Below, piece after piece: positions 49,601 through 57,200 of a stretch of DNA of 64,000 nucleotides; the stretch's first letter is position 1; every line of letters starts with the position of its first letter. The notes under the pieces are model-generated. The model made no database searches. It was not told the origin of the DNA and was given only the letters and a program-made list of their open reading frames with translations. Position numbers and translations under genes: made by a program. Source of the DNA: a virus (Duplodnaviria; Caudoviricetes). The DNA is taken from the IMG/VR virus record IMGVR_UViG_3300003523_000075, positions 4,581 to 68,580 of that record; one strand, 5' to 3'.

Positions 49601-51248
49601 CACTTATTACATTTTCACCAGCAAGACGTATTTTATTTTTAATATTATCTACTTTACTTTTTACATCATCTAAATCATTTGTTAAAGATGTATATTTTAA
49701 ATTATTTAAATACTCTTGTCTTAATGAATATTTTTTATTACTTCTTGTGTTAGATATTCTAGCATAAGGTTTTCCGTTATTAACACCTGTTATTATTTTA
49801 CTAACAACTAATTTACCAAATGTTCTATAAAAAGCATAACAAAAATCTTTATTATTTTCTAATTCTTTAGCTAAAGTATGAAATGCTGCACATCCTTCAA
49901 TAGTATCAGCTATAGTTCTTATAGATTGTATCATAGTTTCTGGACTAGTATAATCTACACTAGAATATAATATAGTACAACATTCATCAGCATCCATACA
50001 AGTAGGAACACCTAATGGATTATCTAAATTATAATCTGCACGACCATCAATTTCAGAATCAGAATTAAGTTTTTTAAGTGTTGATAAGTAAGTTCTAATA
50101 TTTGTATCAACATGAGCCATCACAGTAGTATATGTTCCACTGTGATCATACATAGATATTGTAATATTTGTATCATCATTAGATAAATTACCATCTTCAG
50201 GATTAGATTCTCCATCTTGAGATATTTCAGCATCTACAGCTTTCAAATCTTCTTCATTATCTAATTCATCATCTTTAGCAAAACGAATATCTTTTAATTC
50301 TTTAGTTCTACATACTTCTTCTATAAATGAATCATCTAATTTATAATTTTTCTTTTCTTCAGCAGGTAAAGAATCATATTCTCCTTTAGTCAATCTATCA
50401 CTATTAATTTTGTTTACATACGAAGGCAATACAAATTCTTTATATACAGCAAATCTATTCTTATCAGTTAAAGACATATTATCTCCACCTAATATAGATT
50501 CTATTTCATTAGCTGATAATCGACCTTTACGAATTCTAGTTATTATCTCTTGTTTACTTAAATCACTTTTATTAGAAACAGCTTCTGCTAATTCTTCTAT
50601 TATTCTATTTTTAGCTATATTAAAACAAAAAGTTTTATCTTTTGCCTTAATATTAAAATTACCATTTAAATTTTTACTAGTTAAAAAGTTTCTTATTTGT
50701 CCTACTTCTTGTAAAGATTTTAAATGATTTAAATATTGTAATTTAGTTTCGTCATTAAGTTTACTTTTTCTTATAATACTTTCTGCAACATATTTTGCTC
50801 TAATTAATTGAGCATTTTCATATTTAGCAGGATCTGTAAATATATAATTACGTTCTAAATTATCATAAAATTCTTTAATATGTTCTGCAACATGTTTTTT
50901 AGCAAAACTTCTATCATTTGCAGATTCATATCCATTTACTATTACAGGATTATATGATGTAGTTTTACGATTAGCAGCTTTAACGCTTGGTGTACTTTCA
51001 TTATAATATTTTATAATAGCTTCACGCATTCTAACACCTTCTCCTTTATCAAAATTAAGTGGAGTTTTATAGTGTTCTTCATACCAAGTTTTAAATTCAT
51101 CTGTAGGTATTATTGTACCATCAGATTCTTGTTCTTTTACAACTTTATTAAAATATTTAAAAAATTGAGTAGTATTTAAACCACAAAAATCTTTTAAATT
51201 CTTTAAAGCAGAAGCTTTACTTAAATCAATTTTAATAGGACAACTCAT
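37620..51248 (-). CDS. Giant virion RNA polymerase (fused beta/beta-prime-like, crAss type)
   Basis: 4542 aa. Catalytic GSDFDIDS (about 45870-45890), GYRIPTEGKQS, RTPSDAPK and FLKRAKE motifs. Confidence 0.93.
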   Translation of the reverse strand: MSCPIKIDLSKASALKNLKDFCGLNTTQFFKYFNKVVKEQESDGTIIPTDEFKTWYEEHYKTPLNFDKGEGVRMREAIIKYYNESTPSVKAANRKTTSYNPVIVNGYESANDRSFAKKHVAEHIKEFYDNLERNYIFTDPAKYENAQLIRAKYVAESIIRKSKLNDETKLQYLNHLKSLQEVGQIRNFLTSKNLNGNFNIKAKDKTFCFNIAKNRIIEELAEAVSNKSDLSKQEIITRIRKGRLSANEIESILGGDNMSLTDKNRFAVYKEFVLPSYVNKINSDRLTKGEYDSLPAEEKKNYKLDDSFIEEVCRTKELKDIRFAKDDELDNEEDLKAVDAEISQDGESNPEDGNLSNDDTNITISMYDHSGTYTTVMAHVDTNIRTYLSTLKKLNSDSEIDGRADYNLDNPLGVPTCMDADECCTILYSSVDYTSPETMIQSIRTIADTIEGCAAFHTLAKELENNKDFCYAFYRTFGKLVVSKIITGVNNGKPYARISNTRSNKKYSLRQEYLNNLKYTSLTNDLDDVKSKVDNIKNKIRLAGENVISDFDIRDVIINDITKELKKFYPNITEYAVRSYITNNKVNNVVNIQSNITSLIKILDDTIEASKATKRNFDYRAIRITKAYKENAKLAEKEEKDPDKYIDVNSLYREHYISDKHNSIVITLADMLSDYSVVRVELNSTNVNNNQSSDVINSNMLSGILKTLQNDESLENFGKFRFKSRQYDFSNIMLERVNEKGQIENPGLFRKDITGKITPTEYAKDLLSLNLYDGAKNEDTDSSSLYKEMSGSDYIASAFIAFNEPTSLDTTIKNFQTAKYFMRTPSDAPKNFVVTAPKLSVKGLFKHSNTDEINNILKDQEQKLVGSILSAEQMKEVVTANNKKNILKIYDIDIFNKLFTSTGIRNYAISPYYRKSLNKYKDQDITLAFQYIDKSEEVEDEENKIQNDKNIFFIKGHYDGETISNIEFVGISNEGIDINIKKNLRETTRTKLEKEGKYKYSVSRTHPIFNNFRNIFKQEILNAAIAIDTLFVTHENGCVARDSNDEIMWKQPNTKNGYEIDGCFDNYHHKKGVIVKKNSDGTEYLVGNVFHSDRFVLYDEEKGEEVNYGDKLMQQLFNFLYGGESGNFIQVIKDSNDKEASLHGYSTIKEINISPEIQDKIDDMIEQFILKYIEQGYQVLQSTDNINENGTVQLNHDTAGEFLLNYHLTYNSFGDLFEGDSKFYKDTQTFLKRAKEVQGSGVPYGFVNFTDDFDVNTKTVVHTSALNAMRFDDGTITVDQNDNVSGGYQVKQYNRFTGITIKNSIITNKETLKILKDRLTAKDINLSEKAANALIYGPKGDGGYQDINANNAQSYITFDEFIRRIAGRGQLYKHKALIEKILRGEDLNAQDLEEFVQVQKNFYYNVDLKDSKNLFAPNQIKNSEFVLIPQLIKGTELEQVYNLMTKYGIDQLNTEETSKAGKSNTLEIWDAKTGTLKQDIVDELNDPEHPISDFGTKVENAKKLYDYRFLYTQQETPQHANAQNKAGIQIMKKIIDNISEGSALYETKKHFIDCYCSKIKGSFVELMRELKVPLDSQNNPIMASNGVLGTTISKVDFRLLYEKLKNELFRLGLDSNMVDYVTLDTIQIGEDGNVTIMPNFMSMVSQKLESMAQAIFNNNITRQKLPGFHAAQVTNIGFKSFGEKVQGVTYDKNLKYHTTEDGKYCDYVEVMVPASFFGLNRYDKDGNIKSKEDLLKELQDAKLDDIIGYRIPTEGKQSICKMKVVGFIDDAYGSTIVVPNEWVAQTGSDFDIDSVYGIQHATQIKYDGTIEKVKYSDLAGESYDNYIRSKMSDSVLKDVNKIIKEQGGFSYENWATEHGFESREDWSKEHQLDVMSDNSRNAIDNELVDCMLKILSNPASLEENLSRSNFDDIKDAIKDIMKPSIKEKRNSRSPYSFLDQAAYMEDAMSGAKLKAFSVTRDSFCSVCNTIRPTLIEKQAIKVIYSTDVISKEDAIKRFGENNVESVKGSNIKITFDKFGWTNDNRNIIGKLLTAYSSQTTAHQLDIIKEGAVPNVNDFTFGVYKLFPDLGMDYNTAVAFMLQDGISRIVKHYNISKSVYKDSTTKPIDSAIKEIASELFDGMDLTYKTLDDTIKLLKKHFGSEFKKLWNGAELSIYTEDNAELALNSQEMIDEVKHPRSGKEKLLYDLGIILMFNKLNNLSSIITKTARLCNPDRFGAKQTIFETNKVFDDISDLIENNIEDFPLQVGESNFLSAIYPGIEKGLDSFISSPVEESKYPPLYYFLKYSTAPSIKINRMLFDTQKEGFINFVKGLEDRFSGDKKFNEKLYKSFEKYIIGRLYDATGNISLPIKYVRTKDFTGFDFDIPIDSKSDILESAKEIEKSRIFGYSADAVYLVEKSYKDGEPVLEPFSVKNLNNPTDDELKEFAKMTPAQKVIFIKENFRDRGLFDYIEPNINNTEGVGKYKYGFHSLSFIDTSKSIEDVYIDFENAFTSTNPLIALAAYDVIKYAFVVEGYNMTKTGVSRMIPNSLLYNDFGINGTGIVEALRHQMSTIESVLTDSVYEDYLRSHSTNSNIDFAKVKKVNGKYELTKDDDFIVLELNAEDADKRKNNRALAEKYHIIYTKGKDYDINKYVRLSFGSNSEVLYKIEEVYNGMVVLYPLNNLEENEHGVFSANPQNNKYASSEYYNLIINDYFKDDVSSFNTTDFKAVRELKTKKDYKFKTKKKSENRLATPIDFDNPTIDIAGSVYYLDKETKRFFEDKNNLDSRLFLRLVNFDKYIKYPGSANGLSKDFIINEGKENEQVVTTNIVRLSKDTINKHIKYYLSEKGRTASIKKADKDYERFINELRAERTITDENIHSIPIYEVVGYRETQTKPSTDEPTIMKSAIRENHVVTLGDVASQIYRGIGRRSSFEIKDKDAAKIKAKWTNKNITSNNVRESAKTILESSAQYISGRVNHILDTLKYFEKDPDTGEFMSIIDPRVLDIIKDDPVIREKYLETIAEAKALTKQFGLIKELDIKSEDESLQFYLKTIKDAVTNLENDTTIKTAQVYFADKYLSTLSTNPLVRQDIASILDGFWSTNAFTAAIGDLQETSNPLIQIISKRVINNLTIAENRAKEEVRKLRHFKKDIEARAAQEGLSVSLDNMIDENGDWILSFSKELTDTLDKLYTDILQAKQVYGAGSIESLKAQLAYDKFKLEHVNQKYVDDYYREKIEADEYMIEKHPIIFAEYNRLIERRKEIQSYINKGTIDQALEQELQDINKQIRDLRDENYVDMDSHTIKEKPIYDDINPLSGTEEEKRKKILNSFTSAKALNNYIEKQQKINEKYFEKDAIFGFEEELERNLKIIANREKRNPIGDITVPMSELMEDEEYVKAKEWITKNAIFKLKKENKEEINNAFKAIRKKKKSSIFKELIAKRNARTSTGEIDGTKFTDEDIEAIREDELKDYNTRESSPLSDTILIRSKHNDGVVYNEKFYQGMTSDGQKTKEYLDIVQRINDLLAPYYDNPTRLIKFEKIPDTKEGIAVLNELAKLYDELEEIKKTEGSSNGKEVHKFIENNVEFVVDEDEYKRQESFIQGKSIDFRNAWRRANRILVDGKSEINHYIYGYAKPKAGKEEQFIDKEKSDALKLIKETYTTTPTSFYYEKSLEMKKKGKKAFEDWYYKNHIYNPNTHMYQPLKCWMTFTYRNEDNNLGEWIPNFTKEENTPKETTLNKNFKKGVGNSMNYKEGTGFDNPAYKNLNKYEIELRTHIQSLFNSLARIESARRYLNKGHLPYEHKKKEEGLKGIGKELAKTVGWVEGEDGKKPFFDDDEIDYAYDVVRDMPMLHKLDQITLTKDNLNAPLREPGETDEQYLERVKEKLNKVQEIKEKNVKAHKEAISRDWWNVFEDFIMQASHYNAIQDNKMLLYYGRDMLDDLEVYQRKYGFFGDYKTFSGVDNSKEYITKHDDNLKKQYINWSRRLIHDQWKKPNSEFTKWASRLQSITSAQYMMMNIRGGIANVTLGQTQMYAEAVAGQYLDRKELLKGMAMWSGAVPSFLTHLYKENSSSLVDAIIKHFNVVDYDEQTGKSRIVEDPASKYITRFRNSMFAPQTVGEHYMQNSTLLGMLLSHRLCEVDGKLVFMNEQEFINRVYENTLMEILSDEQKAEYEKFKRTIASDANVEKDYALFRKDITHDFLKKCSVEQQREFAKKRKENTKLAKDEFNNDEIHPTILSQLELTEDGYMGIKEGTLLSKYNVPNEKGEPSDAEKILADFRGRVISVNKKIHGVYDKLGQAQIENTWWGSLAMQYHKHIYPGILKRYRREGFYNEQRGTIEKGCFISLIDFIKTPIDSYKTKKKLNDAEIKGLESIKMLFKELLDFATHINLNWNLLPDYEKANIRRYLANWYGVMAALFASMAIRALADDDDEEGILYNLSLYEADRLSQESFQFNPYGMMTQFRTLWSTPIAAQSGIQDLVQSAGLFTKFLREGSDFDPYYHSGRYAGEYKLSVYVQRRIPIWRGIKTGFIDIAESNSYYKIGKDPLQFGFTEKWLEWADEHGR

Positions 51249-51264
51249 AATTTTATTATTTTAT

Positions 51265-54200
51265 TTATTTTTTACAACTAATATTAAATTCACCTTTATT
51301 AATTCTATCAACTATTTGTTCACGTTCATCTCCTTCAAATCTATTTATGAAATCAGATATAGATGAAGATTTATCTTCTATAACATCTTTAGATGTTTTA
51401 ATTTCTTGAATAGATGATTTACGTATATCATTATCTTCAGTACTATAAGTACCTATATTATCAGTAGCTGATTTAATTTGATTAGGATTTTTAACAACCC
51501 ATTGAGTTGTTGGATTACTCATATTACTTTCTTTATCATATCTTTCTATGATAACAGAATCGTAATTATTGTCTTTTATAAGTTCATTTTCTCTAGCAGT
51601 ATATTCAGATAAAGTTTTATATTTACCATCTTTTACAGAAGAATATGCAGGTGTTCTCATGTTTAAAAACACTGTAATAACTCTATTCTTTTTGTATCTA
51701 AAAGCTTTATTATAACTATCAGTGAAAAATATTGAATGTTTGTCATGTACTAAATGTTTACCTCTTTCATTGTTTTCATCAATTTCAAAAGTATTGAAGT
51801 CTTTGTCAGTACCGTGATAAAACAGTTTTGGTTCACCATTTTCATCAACTGCTTTAGAGACATCGCTTCTTAAATTATTAGTAAATGTAGTATCTACATA
51901 ATCATCTAAAGGCTGTATCTTATCTTGATTGTTCTCAAGTTCTTTGTTGCTTTCAAACGGCTTAACACCTTCAGCAGTAGCAAGAGTTATATGAGAAATT
52001 TTATTATCACTATTAGGATTTTCAACAACAAGTACATCTACTTTATCTGTAGTTAGTCTACCTATAATATGCAACTTCTCTTTATTACCCTCTCTATTGT
52101 CAAAAGGTTGTCTACCAAACTTATTAGTAGAATGATGATAAAATTTATTAGGAAGCTCTGAAGGGTACTTATCCATTAGTTCTTTGATATTATCTACATT
52201 ATTAGCAGTAAATATTGTAGGATTTTCCCAATCACCAAACCATTCTTTAAAGGCTTTAGTACGAACTTGTAACCATTGTCTTTCATTAAGATTAGTATGA
52301 TTACCATTAGGAGCCTTCATAAAAGTACCATCAGCAATAGCTTGGTCTTTTATTTTTTGCATTTCTTCAGTATAATCTACTTTTTCTTCTTGTATTGATG
52401 AAAAATTTATTAAATCATCATCACTAATTATACTACTACTATCAACAGATTGTGTATCACTAACTATTGTATTATCTTGTTCTACAATTGGTTCTTCTTT
52501 TGTTTCATTTATTTCTTCTTGTACTTCAGGTTCTTTTAAATCTTCATCTAAAGTTAATTCTAATTGTTTTGTATTTACTTTTTTACGAACAACTTTTTTC
52601 TTAATAACAGGTTTTTCTTCTTCTGTTTTAGGTTCTACTATTTCTTCAACTTCTTTTTGTTGATTGTCATAAATAGTAAATACAGTACTTAAAGTATTAA
52701 ATTCTTTTTGTAAAAGACCTTGTTTGTTATTTATTTTCCAACCAAAAGCTTTAGCTAAAAAATTAAATATCTTTTGTAATAAACTTTGTTTTCTTTTACC
52801 ACTTTCAACTTTATCAGCATCAATACTATCTAAAGTTAATGCAAGTTCTTTACTAGTTAATGTTTCAACAAGAAATTCTTCAAGACCTCTTCTATTTATT
52901 TTACCATCTGTATAATATAATTTTTTATCTTCTTCAGTAAGATTATATAAATATTTATTTAACGAACTATTAGTATTTTTAGCTGCAAATTCATCAAACA
53001 CTTCTCTAAGTTTATCTATTTCAGAATCTTTAGTTCCTATTAAAACTTGGTGTATTTGTTCATGTATAAGTTTTCTTACAGCTTCTTTTTTATCTTCTAT
53101 AGTTCCATTAGCTAAATCTAACCACTCTTTTCCTATTACAGTAGTACCGGCTGGAACTTCTATACCTAATGTTTCATCTTTATAAGTTTTATCTTTACTA
53201 ACATTAGTATATGCGTTATCACCGATATATTTGTTTACAAAAATAAGATTTTTTGGGAATAAATCAATCATTTGACTGTTAAAATTTAATCCCTTTAATA
53301 AATTTTTCAAAATATTATCTGTAATACTTTTATCATATTTAGCAACACCAGTAAATATTGTTTTAACAAGTCTTTTACTAGCTGTTTCAGATGCAGAAGG
53401 TTTATTATCTTTTTCTACATCTATAGTATCTAATATTTCTTTTACCTTAGTAATTATAGGTTTTTCTTCATTTCTTCTTACGGGGGAGGTTACAGAAACA
53501 ACTTTTAATTTTACTTGTTGTGCAGCCTCTGGATTTCCACCACCAAATCTATCAAAATTTGTTTTACCATTTTCTAAATTAGGTCTAGTTCTTAATAATA
53601 CTAAATCATTATCTAAAATGAAATCATTATAAGTATCATATTCAAATACTTTATCTCCTAAGGTAATAGTAAATTTACCAGTACTTTTAGGAATACTGAC
53701 TATTTCACTTTCAGGAACTGTATGAGTAGTATCTGATTTTACAAATTCATGATTTATATTTATAGTAAAATTATTAGTTAATGTATTAACTAAAGTATCT
53801 ACTATTTCATTACTATCTGTTATAGTATTATAATCAGTAGGAACGTTATAACTTTTATCTCCTTTTATTCTAAGTTGTAAAAATCCGTTGTTATCACTAA
53901 CAAGCATTATACTTAAATAAGGAGAGTTATTACTATCCCTTTTAGATATATTAAATCCTATAGTTTTACCTGTATTACTATTTTTAGCTACTTTAACAAA
54001 ACCATATAATAAACCAGAATTTATTGTATTACCACCAATTCTATTATTAAATAAACTAGTTAATAATCTTTCTAATTTATCTAAACTAGGATTTTCAGCA
54101 ATATCTTGTAATTCAGATTTAATGTATTTCTTTAAAGCAGAAGTAAAATCTTTTCCTTTTTTACTACTTCTTTTATCTGTATTTATATTAGCTATTGTTC

Positions 54201-57200
54201 TAGGATAAGCTTGTATTAACTCAGGTTTTGCATTTGTACTAGTACTTCTTACAGGTATTAATACACAAGTATTACCAACTGTTGCATTAGGTCTATCTAT
54301 TTCACCAGTTTCTGTACTAATATAAGGTTTATTATCAGTTCTATCTTTATTATTTCCAGCAACAAGTAATTTACCTGTTTTTTCACAAGAAGCTAATCTT
54401 ATTGTACCTTTATGTTCACTACCTATTGCCTTACTAGCAGGATAAAGTTTATCTTCTATTTCATTATAATTAATTTTTTCACCTGATTCTAATTCAATAC
54501 GTTTTCCTTCTGTAATATCAGATACAACAACATCACTATCAGCAGAAGCTTGTAAATTTAATACAAGGTTTATACTAGTAAATACTTTATTAAACCAATG
54601 ATTTACACTTAACTTACGAAGATCATTTATAAAATCTTTACTATCTTCATCTGGTTCTACTTCTTTCATATAACCCCAAATCTTACCAAGATGATTTAAT
54701 AAAGTAACATCATCTGTATTAGAATTAGCATAACCATTCTTTTTAGCATCTTGTATATACGGATGATTAGCAAAATCAGATACAAGGTTATCAAATTGTT
54801 CTTGATTTAAATAATTTCTATAATAAGCCCATTTAAGAATTATATCATTTAATTCTTTAGCTTTAGGATCACTACCTGAAATTCCATTTAACAACCATCT
54901 AGTAAATAATGTTTTAAGATCACTTCTTATTCCACCATTACCTTCAAAATGAACATCATAATTCCAACCTTCATTAACTTGTTTATACCCTCCATCTGAT
55001 AAAACTTCAGGATAAGGAAAATGTCCTATATGAATACCGTTTATTTCAAATTCTATTGCTTTATCTGTTTTAGATACTTTAATTTTATCATTTATATTTA
55101 AACTATCTATAGTATCATATAATTTTTTAAGAGAATCTTTATCATTATTTTTATTTAAATATTCTATAACATCCATAAGATTTACTGGAAATTCATTTTT
55201 ACTTATAGGATGTATATGTTTTAATCTTTCAATAGCTTTAATTCTAGAAAGATTTAATGCTTCTTCTACATTACTATCAGTTAATACATAATGTTCAATA
55301 TCTTGTTCTAATACAGTTTTAAGTTTATTAAATAATACTTCAGAAATATGACTATTTCCTCCACAAACTTTATTACAAAAACTTAATAAACTATTTAAAC
55401 TAATATAATACTTACCATCTATTGCTTCTTCAGAAATATAATTTATATAAGTTTTGACAAGATTATCAACAGAATCTTTAAAATTTTGTATATCTTCAGC
55501 AGTACTAGCAGCTATGTTTTCTTTTATATTACTAGCTTTTACTACAGCATCTACTACCGCATTTCCTTCTTTATTAACTTTATCAACACTTAAATTATAT
55601 AATTCTTCAGCAGTTTTAACAGCTTTACGTAATACTTTATCAGCTTTGTCTATAAGATTAGGATCTTTAAGTAATTCTCTATATTCTGGAATCATAGATA
55701 ATTCTGATTCTAATGCAGAATAATCTATTTTATTTCCAGTTTTTATAGCTGTTATTAATTTATTATAAATTTTATTATCAAATATACTTTCTACTTCTTC
55801 TACTTTAGATAAATCTTCTATACCCGTTTCTAAAATATCATCATTTGGTATTTCAACATCATCATCTGGAGGAATGGTATCAGACATATATGTATCTTCT
55901 ATAGGAGTTTCTATTTCCTCCCCCGTAGAAAGAATTGATGCATCTTCTTCAGCTTCTAATTCTTCATTTTCTTGTTGTTCTTGATTATAATTATCTCTTT
56001 CTATCTTTGCTCTATTTTCTTCATTATTAACAACAAGTCTTCCTTTTTCTACAACTTCTACTATTTGTCCATTTTGTATTCTAACTATAGGTCTTTTAGC
56101 AAATAACCAAGCAGGTTCTCCTTCTGGAGTTTCATCCATTAAACTAACTCCTTCTTCTTGATCATAAAATTCAGGATCTTCTAATCTTTTATGACCAAGA
56201 GTAGTACGAATATCTTCTGTAACAATTTGTCCTTGATTATTTGTACCAAGAAGATTTATTTCTTCTGCTATTTCTCCATTTTCTATATATACTAAACCAT
56301 CATCACTACGTTGATATTTGACTAGTCCGCTTTGTGGGTTGAAAGGCTCTTTTGATTGTCCGACAGCCTCGCTCGTATCGGTTTTAGCTTGTTTGGTAGG
56401 TTTTTGTTGCTTTTTGGATATATCGGTAGGAGATTGTTTTTTATTGTCAGATTTTGAATTTTCAGATTTTGAAGAACTTTTCTTTTCGTTCTCTTTTTCT
56501 TTATTTTCTTCAGTATCAACTCTTGCAGCTTTTACATCTGCATGAGTATCAAGTATTCTTTCTATAGCCATAAAAAGATTTCTATTAAGACTACTAGAAA
56601 GATTAAGATAATTTAATGTATTCTTTAATAAGGTTTTATCTGCATCAGATAAAGCTTCAAGACCTGGAATATCATTAAATTGTTTACCATAAAAACATTG
56701 ATATACAGCAGATTTTATAACATCTTTACCATATTTATCAGATAATGATTTAAGAGTTTCTATTGCATCAGCAACAGCTTTTTGTCTTAAATCATTCATA
56801 ACATTGTGTTTATATTCTAATTCATGTTCAAATTGAGATTTACTAGTTATAATAGTTGGTTCAAGTAAAGCTTTTTCTGTTTGAATTGCTGCTATAGTAC
56901 TATAATCTGCAAATAATTCTGGACTAAGTTCAGTAAGAGATTCTACACTATTTTTACCTAAATGTCTAGAATATGTATCTTGAAATACTTGAAAAGCTTG
57001 TAATGCATATTCATCTATATCACTAAGTTTTTCATCAAGAGTTTTTAAATAATTAAAGTTTCCTTCTTCTATTGCTTTAGCTATAGCTACATATTCTTTA
57101 CTACCTTCTACATCTTGTATTATTTTTTCTGTATTATCTTTATCAGTAACAGTTTTGTAATTTAAACTATTTTGTATTCCAAATAATAATGCAGATTTAC

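Noticed and set aside
360-51248. Introns or inteins in terL, polB, primase or RNAP
   Set aside because: Reading frames are continuous, sizes are ordinary for the families, and I saw no intein splice motifs or homing endonuclease ORFs.
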